Position numbers and translations under genes: made by a program
Assembly (NCBI RefSeq): GCF_009914755.1
Contig: NC_060937.1
Reading direction: 5' to 3' (one strand)
DNA from: the human T2T-CHM13v2.0 reference genome, Homo sapiens
DNA length: 64,000 nt
Notes under the pieces: model-generated
Databases searched by the model: none
What the model saw: the letters and a program-made list of their open reading frames with translations, nothing else
Told to the model about the DNA's origin: nothing
In this document: in pieces, positions 26,572 to 40,016 of the stretch
How the letters are laid out: every line of letters begins with the position of its first letter
Position numbering within the stretch: the stretch's first letter is position 1

Positions 26572-28549
26572 AGGTCTATTTTTAAAATAGTATATTTCTA
26601 TTTTATTTATCTTTTTGACTATCCACATTTGAATACCATAATCTCTAAATTACAGTATTCTTAATAGTCTTGGAATCTATTAATTGTATTTCCTCTAACA
26701 TTGTTTTTCTTCTTCATTTTCAATAAGGTCTTAGCCTCTTATGCCCTTTGCATGCCAAATGAGTAATAGAGTCAGCTTGCCAAATTCTATAAAATGACCT
26801 GATTTTTACATCAGTTCAAATCTCCATTTGAGACTTAATTGACGTTATAGATTATTTTCAGGGAAATTTACATCTTAACAATATTAAGTACTCCAAATTA
26901 TAATTATATTATTTCTTCAAATTACTAAACTTTTTTCATTTCTGTGCAGTATTTTTTATTCGTTTGAAGTAAACAAGTTTTGCATCAATTTTATTCAAAT
27001 TATTTTTAGGTATCTGTTTTTAATGTGTGTGTGTGTTTTCCCAATATTTGTTGCTATATATAAATCAAAGTGAACATTTTGTGATAACTTTGTATGCACA
27101 AGTCTCACTAAATTTATTTCTTAATTGTACTAGTTGTTTCTCAATTATTAAAGATTTACTGCATGCGCAATTGTATCATCTATGAATAAATGCTATTTTG
27201 TTAGCACAATATTTTCAATAATAAAAATAGATATATAATTGTGACTCTGACACAATACCTGATTTTATTAAATATTTAAAATGTACAAAAAAATGGAAAT
27301 AGAAATTCTTTGTGGAGAAGCTATATCAGTCATAAGTTTCAAATTGTCCCTTTTCTCCCACAACAGTCTATCTTTGCCTTCAGATGAACAAAACATGGGT
27401 TCTGAACAATGTGTGCAGAAACATCTTTCTCAAAATATATTGTTTTACTTAAAAAAATCATTTTATATTTTACCAACTTACTTATATTTAACATGCCAGT
27501 GTCCCTTTTTATTTTTCAGCCTGCTATGCCAGATAAATCTGTAAGTTTGCACTTAATTATCAATAGGTCAGGTAGAAACCCAGTTATAAGATTTAAAATC
27601 TTATAAGTAAATGTTTAAAAATAAGATTAAACAATATAAACTTCTTATAGTTTCTTTCTGCCTGCAGATACTCTTCACATGTGTGTAGAAAGTTTTTTTA
27701 TAGTCATTAGCATGCTTATTAGAAGGTCAGGCTGAGGTGCAATTTTATTATCTTTTAAAATCTATTGTTTCTAATTTAAAACCTGCCATTTTTCTTATGG
27801 ATTTCTTCCAAACATAATGTTTATTTTTTATGTTGCTTTTAAGTATTTTTATGTATTTGTTAATTATGTGGTTAAAATCTGTTTCATTCAATAGACTGAA
27901 CTTTGTGAGTACAACAGTAATATTTACATTTATGTAAAAATCTCCAGAACTTAGAACAATAATTAATACATAATGTTTCTTTACAGGCATTCATTGGGTT
28001 AATTAATGCCTTAATATTAATTTGGATAATTAATTGAAGAGCCCAGTAATATAACAGAGAACACTTGATAGTGCTCATGGTCTTCACTTAAAAAAATCAA
28101 AATCTTTATTTGGTTATAGTTTTTTTTTTTTTAATCTTATGATTCTCTGAATTAAGACAATTTTAAAAAATAAGCACTTCATAGGAAGGGATGGGAGATT
28201 ATAAAGAATAAAGATGTTTGCTAAATTTTTCAAATAGGAAAACGATGCTTTGGTGATTGATGTTTAGCTTTCATTGTCAATCATTTAAATTTACAGAATC
28301 ATTTTTATTACAGAAATTTTTCTTGGCAGAATTTTTCTAGTTTTAGACAGTGGTACATATATTTATAAAGAACTGAATAACAATTTCATAAAAGCATGGT
28401 CTATTTGTAAGAAATTGTAGTGAAGGGGTAACCTTAACATTATTTGTATCATGATCCAAATTAACTAGTGACAAATAAAACTCAAAATCTGCTGAAATAT
28501 AGTCAGTTTAGTATAATTTCTACAAGTAGTTTCCTTGTGTTCATCACCA

Positions 28550-28750
28550 GATGTGTAATAACCATATAACAATTAAAATGAACTTCTGATACATGCTACA
28601 ATTTAGATGGATATCAAGATAATTATGCTGAGTAAAAGAAAAAAGCCTCAAAAGCATATATAGTATGATTCCATTTATATAATAGTTTGACATAACAAAA
28701 TTATAGAGATGAAGAACAGAGTCATGATTTTCAGTGGTTATCAGAGAAAA
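28550..28750 (+). mobile_element. L1MC/MD-like 3'UTR fragment
   Basis: ctgatacatgctacaatttagatggatatcaagataattatgctgagt...gtatgattccatttatataa...aaaattatagagatgaagaacaga. Confidence 0.75.
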
Positions 28751-28922
28751 TGATACATTACACTAAAGAAAGTTTATAGTTTTACAATACAATTCTTCAA
28801 ATAGTTAAGGATACCATTATCTATATAAACTTACTTTCTTAAATTAGTATGATAAAAATGTAACAGTTAAAATATTTACTGATTACGAGCATTGGATTCT
28901 AATTGTCTTAACCATGAAAATT

Positions 28923-28993
28923 TATATATATATATATATATATATGTGTATATATATACATATACACACACATATATACATACATATATATAC
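28923..28993. repeat. (TA)n/(CA)n microsatellite
   Basis: Direct reading. Confidence 0.9.
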
Positions 28994-31900
28994 AATAAAA
29001 CTCAAATGTATCTGGCAGCAGACTTTTTAGTAGAAACCTTACAGCCCAAGAGAAAGGAGCATGACATATTTAAAGAGCTGAAGGGAAAAAAAAAAAACTG
29101 TTACCCTAGAATATTATAGTCAGTGAAAATATACTTTGAATATGAAGCAGAAATAAATGCTTTCCCAGAGAAACAAAAACTGTGGGATTTCATCAACATC
29201 ACAGCTGTCCTACAAGAAATGCAAAATAGAGAACTGCAATCAGAGAAAAAAGGACAATATTCAGCAATAGGAAGTCATGTGAAAGTACAAAACTCACTAG
29301 CAATTGTAAGTACACATATAAACACAAAACATTATAACACTGTCATTATGGTGTGTAAACTCTCATCCTAAGTAGAAAGACTAAACAATGTGCCAATCAA
29401 AAATAACTACAACAGATTTTCAATACATAGTCAGTACAGTAAGATGTAACTACAAACAAGGAAAAGTTGAAAAGTGGGAGGACAAAGTTAAAATATTGAG
29501 TCTTTATAATTTTTCTGTTTACTTTGTTTGTTGTTTATAAAAAAACCGTGCTAATTTGTTATCAGGTTAAAACTTTGGGTTATAAGACACTGTTTGCAAG
29601 CCTCATGGTAACCTCAAATTTAAAAAAATACAATGAAGGCACAAAAAATTGAAAGCAAAAAGCTAAATTATATCATGAGAGAAAAATTATCCTCACTAAA
29701 AGGAAGACAAGAAAAATGGAATGAAGGAAGAGAAGAACACAACATAACTAGAAAACATATCACAATGTGGCAGGAGTAAATTGTTATATATCATTACATA
29801 TTACGTATTTACATATTAAATGTAAATGGACTAAACTCTTCAATCAAAAGACATAGAGTGGCTGAATAAATGGAAAAAGCAAGACCCAATGAATTGTTGC
29901 CTACTATAAACAAACTTCACCTAGGAAAACTCACATAGACTGAAAATAGAAATATGAATAAAGATATTTGATGCCAGTGGAAACCCAAAAAGAAGAGTAG
30001 TAGCTATACTTATATCACACAAAATTGATTTTATATCACACAAAATAGAGACCAAAATTCTGAGAAGAGACAAATGAAGAGAAAAAAGAAGGCAACTATG
30101 TAAAGATAAATGGGTCAATTCAGCAAGAAGATATAATGATTGTAAGCATACATGCACCCAACAGTGGAGCATCAGATACATAATGCATAAATTATTAGTG
30201 CTAGAGAAAGAAATAGACCCCAATATAATAACAGCTGGAGACTTCAGAAACCCATTGTCAGCATTGGACAGATATTTCAGAAAGAAACTCAACAAAGAAA
30301 CATCAGACTTATTCTGCTCTATAGACCAAACAAAACTAATATATACAGAACATTTCATCCAATGGCTACAGAATACACATTTTACTTTTCAGCATATCGG
30401 TTATTTCCAAGGTTAGATAGACAATATATTAGGTCACAAAACAAATCTTAATTTTTTTTTAAATATGGAATAATATTAAGCATCTTCTTTGGCAACAATG
30501 GAATAAAACCAGAAATAAATAACAAAAGGAATTTTGGAAATCATACAAATACATGGAAATTCAACAATATGCTCCTGAATAACTAGGGGGTAATTGGAGA
30601 AATTAAGAAAAAAAAATTGAAAAAATTTACTGAAACAAATGATAACAGAAACATAACATTCCAAAATCTGTGGAATACAGCAAAAGCAATGCTAAGAGGA
30701 AACTTTATAGTTATAAGTGTCTACTTAAAAAAAGAAAAACTTCAAATAAACAACCTAATGATGCATCTTACAGAAATCGAAAAGTAAGAGCAAACCAAAT
30801 CCAAAATCAGTGTAAAAAAAGTGATGACAAAAATCAGAGCATAAATAAATAACACTGAAATGAAGAAAATTCAAAAGTTCAAGGAAACAAAAAGTTAGTT
30901 TTTGAAAAATTAAAAGTGAGAAACCTTTAGTGAGAATAACTGAGAAAAAGAGAGAGAAGTCTCAAATACAGAAAATTAGGGAATAAAAGGGAGACATTAT
31001 AGCTGACATCATAGAAATTCAAAGAATCATTAGTGGTTATTATGAGTAACTAAATTCCAATAAATTGCAAAAATCTATAAGAAATCGATAAATTCTTAGA
31101 CACATACAACCTACCAAGATTGAACGATGAAAAAGTCCAAAACCTAAGCACAATAATAACAAGTAATGAGACAGAAAGTGTAATAAAAAAAAAATCTCTG
31201 AACAAAGAAAAGCCTAGGACCTGATGACTTCACTGATGAATTTTACTAAACATTGCAGAAGAACTAATACCAGTGCCACTCTAACTATTCTGAAAAATAA
31301 AGAAAGGCAGTTTATTGCCATAGTCATTCCATGAAACCAGCATTACTCTGATACCAAAATCAGAAAAAGACATCAAAAATAGAAATCTACAGCCCAATAT
31401 CACTGATGACTATTAATGCAAAACTCCTCAATAAAATACTAGAACATGTAATTCAACCACACATTAAAAAATCATTCATCATGACAAGTAGAATTATCCC
31501 AGAGATGTAAGGAAGCTTCAACATAAGCAAATTAAATAATGTGAGGCATTATAGTAACAAAATTAAGGAAAAAATATATGATCATTTCAATTGGCACTGA
31601 AAATATATTTGATAAAATTCAATATTCCCTGTTAGTTAAAAAACCCTTATAAAACTGAGTATAGTGGAAACATACCTCAACATAATATAAGCAATATATG
31701 AAAGACCCACAGCTAGCATCATACTGAATGGGGAAAAACAGAAAATTTTCCCCCTAATATCTGGAATACAACAATGATGTCCACTGTCACCACTGTTATT
31801 CAATGTAGTACTGGAAGTTCTACCCAGAGCAATCAGTCCAAAGAAACAAATAAAAGACATATGAATTGAAAACGAAAAATTCCAATTGCCCTCTTTGGAG

Positions 31901-33321
31901 ATGATATATTATATTTTGAAAAAAACTTAAAACTTCACCAAAAAAACTATTAAAACTGATACATTTAGTAACATTTCAGGATACAAAATCAATATACCAA
32001 ACTTAGTAGCATTTTTATATGCCCATGTCAACCATTCTGAAAAAGAAATTAAAAAGTAATCCTGTTTACAATAGTTACAAATAAAATGAATAGGAATTCA
32101 CTTATTCAAAGAAGTGAAAGACCTCTACAATAAAAACTATGAACTAATGGTGCAAGATATGGAATAGAATGCAAAGAAATGAAAAGATATTCAATGTTCA
32201 TGGATTGGAACAACTAATATTGTTAAAATATTCATACTACCCAAATCAATCTACAGATTTAATAAAATCCCCACCAAATACAAATAACATTCTTCACAGA
32301 AATAGGAAAAATAATCCTAAAATTCATATGGAACCACAAGAAGACCCAGAATAGCCAAAGCTAATCTAAGCAAAAACAAATGAACAAACAAACAAACAAA
32401 AAAACCATAACTGGAGTATCCACATTACCTGACATTAAGTTATACTACAGAGCTATAGTAACCAAAACAGTAAGGTACTGGACAAAAACAGACACATAGA
32501 GCAGTTCAAGAGAATAAATAACCCAGAAACATATCCATACATCTACAGTGACCTTATCTTTTTTTAGAACGTTTCCAAGAACATACGCTGTGGAAATGAC
32601 CATCTCTTCAATAAATGGTGCTGGGAAAACTGGATATACATTGCAGAAGAATGACACCATAACCTTATCTCTCACCATATACAAAAATCAAATCAAAATG
32701 TATTAATTACTTAAATCTAAGTCCTCAAACTATGAAACTACTAAAAGAAAACATTGGAGAAACTCTCCAGGACTTTGATCTTGGCAAACACTTCTTGGGC
32801 AAAACCCACAGGCACAGGCAATCAAAGTAAAAATGGAAAGATGAGAGCATATCAAGTTAATAGGCTTCTGCAAAGCAGAAGAAATTTAAGAGAAACCCCA
32901 AATACAGGGATAATTTATTTGCAAACTACCCATCTGATAAGGGATTAATGAACAGAATATAAAAGGAGCATAAACAACTCTATATTAAAAAAACTCATAA
33001 TTCAATCAAAAACTGGGCAAAAGATATGAATAGGCATCTCTCAAAAGAAGACACACGAATAGCAAACAGATATATTAAAAGGTGTTCAACATAATTGATC
33101 ATCAAAGAAACAAATTAAAACTACAATGAGATATCATCTCACCCCAGTGAAAATGGCTTATATCCAAAATACAGGCAATAACAAATGCGGGTGAGAACAC
33201 GGAGAAAAGGGGACACTCATATGATGTTGTTGAGAATGTAAATTAGTACAACCACTATGGAGAACAGTTTGGAGTTTCCTTAAAATACTATAAATAGAGC
33301 TACCATATAATCCAGGAATCC

Positions 33322-33946
33322 TGTCAGAGGCGTTTGAACCAGAACTACTCCGTCTTGAATAGAGGTTGAGGAAAATAAGGCTGAGACCTACTGGGCTACA
33401 TTCCCAAGAGGTTAAGGCAATCTTAGGGTGTTATAGAAGATCAGCACAAAATGCAAGTCACAAAGATCTTGCTGATGAAATAGCATGTGGTAAAGAAGGT
33501 GGCCGAATCCCACCAAAACGAAGGTGGTAGTAAAAGAGACCTCTGGTCATCCTCACAGCTCATTATACACTAATTATAATGTATTAGTATACTGAAAGAC
33601 ACTCCCACCAGTGTCGTGACAGTTTACAAATGCCATGGCAATGTCAGGAAGTTACCCTATATGGTACAAAAAGGGAGGAACTCTCGGTTCCAGGAATTGT
33701 CCACTTCTTTCCCAGAAAATTCATGAAAAATTCACCCCTTGTTTAGAGTATAATCAAGAAATAACCATAAAATTAGCCAACCTGCAGCCCTTGGGGCTGC
33801 TCTGCTTGTGGAGTAGCCATTCTTTATTTCTTCTTTCTTAGTAAACTTGATTTCACTTTACTCTATTGATTTGCCTTGAATTCTTTCACACGTGAGATCC
33901 AAGAATCCTCTCTCAAGGTCTGGATCAGGACCCCTTTCTGGTAACA
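33322..33946 (+). mobile_element. MER41B solo LTR (ERV1)
   Basis: tgtcagaggcgtttgaaccag ... ggacccctttctggtaaca. 4-bp TSD atcc at 33318-21 and 33947-50. Confidence 0.95.
33688..33717. promoter_or_regulatory. Tandem GAS (STAT1-type TTCNNNGAA) motifs in MER41B
   Basis: TTCCAGGAA at 33688-33696 and TTCCCAGAA at 33709-33717. The motifs are read directly; activity is not demonstrated. Confidence 0.6.
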
Positions 33947-34690
33947 ATCCCACTTCTAGGTAAATGCCAAAAGAATGGAAATCAGTATGTTGAAGAGATA
34001 TCTGAAACCTCATGTTTTTTGCAGCACTATTCACATTAGCCAAGATTTGCAAGCAACTTTTGTCCATTAAGAGATGAATGGATAAAGAAAACATGGTACA
34101 TATACAGAATGGAGCACTATTCCACCATAGAAAAGAATGAGATCTTGCCATTTGCAATAAAAGGAATGCGACTGGAGGTCATTATGTTAAGTAAAATAAG
34201 CCAGGCACAGAAAGACAAATATCACATGTTCTCACTCATCTGTGGGTGCTAAGATTTACAACAATTGAACTCCTGAATATAAAGCGTAGAATGAAGATTT
34301 CCGGAAGATGGGAAAAATAGTCAGGAATGAGTGAGGGGTAGACAGGGAAATAGCTAATGGGTACATAAAATAGAGTAAATAAGACCTAGTATTTGCTAGC
34401 AAAACTGGATAGCTACAGTGAAAAATAATTTAATTGTACATTAAAAAAAAACTCAGAGTATAACTGAATTGTTTGAAACACAAAGGGTTAATGCTTGAGG
34501 TGATGAATATCCTGTTTACCTTGACATGATTAGTTCATGTTGAATGCCTGTATCAACATATATCATGTTACTCATAAATATATATACATGTATACACACA
34601 CACACCCCCCTAATATGTATCCACAAAAATTTAAAAAAATAAAAGTTTAAAAAATAAATATTAAACACAAATAAAATAAAATTTTGTAAG

Positions 34691-35528
34691 GTCAGCTGCG
34701 TAGTTTGCAAGGATTTTTTTCACTGTCTTTGGGGTTGTTTGTTTATTCTGTTGATAGTTTCTTTTGCTCCATGGAAGCTCTTTAGCTTAATTAGGTCCCA
34801 CTTGTCAATTTTTTGTTGCTTTTGCAATTGCTTTCGGCATCTTCATCATAAAATATTTTCAAGGGCCTATGTCCAGAATGGTATCTTTTAAGTTTTCCTC
34901 AAGGGTTTCTATAGTTTTTGGTTTTACATTTAAGTCTTTAATGAATCTTAAGTTGATTTTTGTATATGGTGTAAAGAAGAGGTCCCAATCCAATCTTCTG
35001 CATATGGTTAGCCAATTATCCCTGCACCATTAATAAAATAGAGTCTTTTTTCCATTGATTGTTTTTGTTGAAGTTCAGATAGTTGTATGTGTGCAGCTTT
35101 ATTTCTGGGCTCTCTATTTTTTTCTATTGGTCTATTTATCTGTTTTTGTACTAATACCATGCTGTTTTGGTTACTGTAGACTTGTAGTATAGTTTGAAGT
35201 TGGGCAATGAGATGCCTCCAACTCCAGCTTTATTCTTTTTGCTTATGATTGCTTTGGCTTTGGGGACAGAATTTCATTTCATATGATTTTTAAAACAATT
35301 TTTTTCTAATTCTGTAAAGAATACCATTGGTATTTGATAGGAAAGCATTGAATCTATAATTGGCTTTGCACAGTATGGCGATTTTAAGAATATTGATTCT
35401 TTCTATCCAGGAACATGGAATATTTTTCCATTTGTTTGTGACATCTCTGATTTTTCTAAGCAGTGATTTGTATTTCTCATTGAAGAGGCTTTTCATCTCC
35501 CTGGTTAGCAGTATTATTAGGTATTGTG

Positions 35529-35559
<31 letters not shown>

Positions 35560-36985
35560 ACATAATGGGATTGTGTACTTCATTTGGTATGTAGCTTGGA
35601 TGTTGTTGCTATATAGAAATGCTACAAATTTGTATGTTGATTATGTATCCTGAATCTTTGCTGAAGTTGTTTATCAGATCTTGGAGCTTATGGTCAGACA
35701 CTATGGATTTTTCTACACATAAAATCATATATTTTGCAAAGATGGATAGGTTGACTTTCTCCCTTCTTATTTTGATGCCTTTTATTTCTTTCTCTTTCTC
35801 AATTGCTCTAACATAGGACTTTCAGTACTATGTTGCGTAGGAGTGATGAAAGTAGGTATCCTTATCTTGTTCTGGTTCTCAAGAGGAATGCTTCCAGCTT
35901 TTGACCATTCAGTAAGATGTTGGCTGTGTGCTTGTCATAAATGGTTCTTATTATTTTGAGGTTTGTTTCTTCAATGCCTAGTTTGTTGATGGTTTTTAAC
36001 ATGAAAAATGCTGAATTTTATTGAAAGTCTTTGCATCGATTGAGATGCTCATGTGATTTTTTGTTTTCAGTCTTGTTTTTGTGACGGATCACGTTATTGA
36101 CTTGTGTATGTTGAACCAACCCTGCATCCCAGGAATAAAGCCTACTTGATGATAGTAGACTAGCTTTTTGATATCCTGCTGGATTATTGTTTGCTAGTAT
36201 TTTGCTGAGAATTTTTGCATCAATGTTCATAAGGATATTAGCTTGAAGTGTTTTTTGGTTCTTGTTGTTGTTGTCTCTCTGCCAGGTTTTGGCATCAGAA
36301 TGATGCTGTCCTCATACAATGAGTTAGGGAAGAATCCCTTCAACTCAGATTTTTGGAAGAGTTGCAGTAGGAGTAGTAGCAGTTTTTCATTGAACATTTG
36401 GTACATTTCAGATGTGAATATGTATGTTCTTGGGCTTTTTCTGATTGATAGGCTTTTTATTACTGATTCAATTTTGGAACTCATTATTAGTCTGACTAGG
36501 GTTTCAGTTTCTTTCTGGTTCCATCTTGGAAGGTTGTACATTTCCAGGAATCTATCCATTACTCGTAAGTTTTTTAGTTTGTGTTCATAGAGCAGTTTGT
36601 AATAGTCTCTGAGAGTTTTTTTATATTTCTGTGGGGTTGGTGGTAATGTCTTCTTTGACATTTCTGATTATGTTTATTTGGATCTTCTCTCTTTTTTTCT
36701 TTAGTAGTCTAGATAATTTTCTTTCAGTCTTATTTATTTTTTCAGAAAACAAACTTCTGGTTTCTTTGATCTTTTGTATGGTTTTTCATGTTTCAATATC
36801 ATTCAGTTCACCTCTGATTTTGGATATTTCTTATCTTCTGCTAGCTTTGGGGTTGGTTTGCTCTTGTTTTTCTAGTTCTTCTAGATACAATGTTAGATTG
36901 TTAATTTGAGACCTTCCTGACTTTTTGATGTGGGCATGTAGCATTATAAACGTCCCTCTTAACACTGCTTTCATTGTGACCCAGA
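34691..36985 (-). mobile_element. L1PA13-15-like ORF2 segment (3' end missing)
   Basis: Minus ORFs [14 protein letters not shown] (36018), LRDYYKLLYEHKLKNL...YNLPR (36227) and KWKNIPCSWIERINILK (35290). Confidence 0.9.
35526..35558. repeat. (TG)n microsatellite inside L1
   Basis: Direct reading. Confidence 0.9.
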
Positions 36986-38181
36986 GTCTTGGCCCTGTGA
37001 CATCTTCTAGAATCAAAGCCAGTCAACTGAATCCATCTTATACCAAAACCAAACCCCCAAGGGCATCAGAGAAGATAAAAGCAAAATAACTTCATCCAAA
37101 GGACAGCAACTTCAAAGATTAAACTAACATTGGCCCAAGCAGAAAAGAAAAAAACAGGCAAGAACCTAGGAAAGTCAAAAAGATAGAGTGTCTTTTTACC
37201 TCCAAATGACTGCACTAGTTCTGAGGAAGGGTTCTTACCCAGGCTGAAGGGTGAAATGACAGATGTAGAGTTCAGAATATAGATAGGAACAAAGATAATC
37301 AAGGTTTAGGAGAAAGTCAAAACCTAATTCAAGAAATCTAAGGAATACGATAAAATGATACAAAATCTAAAAAACTAAATAGCAATTTTAAGAAAGAACT
37401 AAACTTATTTGATAGAGCTGAAATATTTAGTAGAATTTTGTAATACAATTGCAAGTATTAACAGTAAAATAGAACTAATTGAGAAAAGAATTTCACAGCT
37501 GGAAGGCTGGTTCTCCAGATGGAATTAGTCAGACAAAAATAAAGAAAAAAGAATGAACAAAACCTCTGAGAAATATGGGATTATGTAAAAAGACTGAATC
37601 TGTGACTCACTGGTGTCCCTGAAAAAGAAAGTAAGAAAGCAAACAATTTGGTAAACATATTTGAGGGCATCCTCAGGGAAATTTTCCCCAATTTAACAAA
37701 TGAAGTCAACATTCTAATTGAAAAAATTCAGAGAACTCCTGCGAGATACTATAGACTGCAACTACCCCCAAGACAAATGCTCATGAGATTCTCCAAGGTC
37801 TACCATTACATATGTGTGTGTGTGTGTGTGTATGTATATATATATATGGCAACTAGAGAGAACAAGCAGGTCACCTACAAAGAAAACTCAATAAGGCTAA
37901 CAGTGGAACTTTCTGCAGAAACCCTACAAGACAAAGAGACTGAGGGCCTATATTTAGCATTCTTAAAAAAAAAAAGAAACTCCAATAAAGAATTTCATAT
38001 CTGGCCAAACTAAGCTTGAAAAGTGAAAGAGAAATAAGATCATTTTCAGACAAGCAAATGCTAAGGGAATTCATTGTCATCAGACCTGCCTTACAAGAAG
38101 TCCTTCAGGGAGTTATAAATATGAAATCAGAAGACTAGTAACAGCCACCACAAAAACACACTTAAATATATAGTCCATTGA
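36982..38181 (+). mobile_element. Inverted ORF1 segment of the same L1PA13-15-like element
   Basis: Plus ORF 37648..38013 NIFEGILREIFPNL...IQRTPARY...IRLTVELSAETLQ. Begins at the 5'UTR/ORF1 border and ends in the inter-ORF region. Confidence 0.88.
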
Positions 38182-40016
38182 GCCAAGGCTTAGCTCAGCA
38201 CTCCTGTGCTGCATGTTCTTCATGTTCTAACTCTGGGGATTGATAATGGGTTGCCAACTTTGTTCTCTTGCCTTTTGGGTTAGGAACCTGCTGTGTTGAA
38301 GGGGCCAAGGTGTTTTGGGTCCACTGGCCTCAATATTCTGATGGAGTGCCAGCCAAAGTGTTTCATCTGGGTGGTGGCAGTGGCATTTTTTCTCACTCAC
38401 ATATTCCAACAGACATGGCAGGGCAGTTAGGTGCACATGCTTTGGCTGGAGAGTGGTGCTGGCGAGAGCCTTTGTTTTAATTTTCACACATTCCATATAC
38501 TGGTGAAATGTTTTGGTGTTGTCTTTTAGGCTGCAATCCAGTAAGTAGTGCTTAAGAGTGTTAGCTAGCAGATAAGATCTTACTCTGCTGCAGAGCTCTT
38601 TTGTGTCTTGGTGCACTTGGCAGTAGTACTCTGTTGTGGGGAGGGAGAGATGATCCCCTCATCTAGCTCACTCCTGGGCCTTGGAGGAGACCCCTCTGAT
38701 CACTGGCTCTGTGCCCATGTTTCTTTTGTTTGGTGTTCTTGTCCACATGGTTCCCTCAGGCAGGGGCCACTGTTGGCAGGCAGGCAGTATACTTGCCAGG
38801 TCAGCTCTACAGAGTGAGGCACACCCTGCTTCTCCAGCAGCCTGAAAACCAGGCATTTTACCTTTCTGTTATTTGAGACTGAGGGCTCCTCCCTACTTGC
38901 TACAAGGTAGCAAGTCCCATTTGTCTATAAGTTGTGGGGGTGTGTTGGGCCACCTAATCTGCTGTTTAGGTACCTCCCAGGGGAACATGGGGATTTGCTT
39001 TCCTGTAGCGTTAAGACAGAAGAGAGACGAGAGACTGCTGGGCTGGAAATTCTAGTTCAGTATGGGTCATCTGACTACTAGAGGCAGGGGTGAGTGGAGT
39101 TACCTGTTCTGCCTTGCTGGTGCTTCCTGAGGCAACAGGAGGCTGCACTCCTTGGCAGAATTTAGGCAGAATTAGGACTACTACTTCTAGCAGGTGTGGC
39201 CTGACTGCTACAAAAGGCGGTGGTGGGTGGAGTCACCCACCCTGAGGTCCAGGTGTTTCCCAGAACAAGAGGATCTGTTCACTAGCTGATTTCAGACAGA
39301 AGCGTGACCCCTGGAATAGAAGCCTTATCAGGCTTTGCCTTTCTGGCTACCAATGGTGGGGGCTGGGTATAGTCACCTAATCTGCCATCCAGGTGTTCCC
39401 CAGGACAATAGGAAACAGCAGCTGCCAACTGAGTTCAGACAGAAGTGGGACATCTGGGCCAGAAGCCGAAGCCAAGGATGAGTCATCTCACAAGGGGTTT
39501 GTGGGGCAATCTTACTGCCCCAAGCACTGCAACTGTAGCCTCTACTGGGGCTTTGGCATTGATGCCAGTGTGATCTGGGGTCAAAGGCTTGTAGAAGTCC
39601 TCTTGGACTTGAGAGTTGCCTCTGCAAAATCTCCTGTTGCTTCTCTGCTGCTGCCTCCGTTTAGAAGCATGTGGGGGTCGGGCAGGGTGAGGGGTCTGCT
39701 GTGGAAGCCAAGATTATTCTCCTGTTACCAGGCTTGCACAGGTACCTGTGGGGAGTTTGAATCCCCCAGGGGCCTCTCACTCACTCACACTTTCCTGTGT
39801 TAGGGAGCTTCTCCTGGCTTTGTGTACATCCCAGATAGGCTGCTGACCAGCTTCGCTCCTCTGTGCTCTCTGTGTCCCCATGCTGCCTTGATAGATCCCA
39901 ATGTGGTTTCTTAGATGATTGGCTTGTAGGGTCAGTGTTCACTAATCCTTTTGTTTCCTCTCAGTGAGAGCAGCACTCATGAGCTGCTTCTAGTTTGCTG
40001 TCTTGACCCAATGCCC
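38182..40016 (-). mobile_element. 5'UTR of the L1PA13-15-like element
   Basis: GC-richer. 38500-38640 resembles 8845-8990 of the first L1. Ends gagctgcttctagtttgctgtcttgaccc, an L1PA 5' terminus. Confidence 0.85.

Larger units (their letters stand above)
24893..27200 (-). mobile_element. L1ME/MC-like 3' portion (3'UTR and ORF2 end), interrupted by AluJ
   Basis: attgagaacagtttacaaaaacaaaatgc...ttgtacatcttagtgaat...aacaaccacccagattg, with later ORF2-type atggtatgaggtaggg and gtcagcttgccaaattcta. Confidence 0.8.
28995..34681 (+). mobile_element. L1MA2/L1MA3-like LINE-1, 5'-truncated in ORF1, interrupted by MER41B
   Basis: ORF1 end (YLAADFLVETLQPKRK; AFPEKQKLWDFIN). ORF2 endonuclease aatgtaaatggactaaactct and IITAGDFRNPLSALDR. 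3'UTR acctagtatttgctagc...aatttaattgtacatt...gcttgaggtgatg, then an A-rich tail. Confidence 0.92.

Noticed and set aside
36227-36661. 144-aa L1 ORF2 frame and other L1 ORFs as retrotransposition-competent
   Set aside because: All three large L1s have many stops, frameshifts, insertions or rearrangements.
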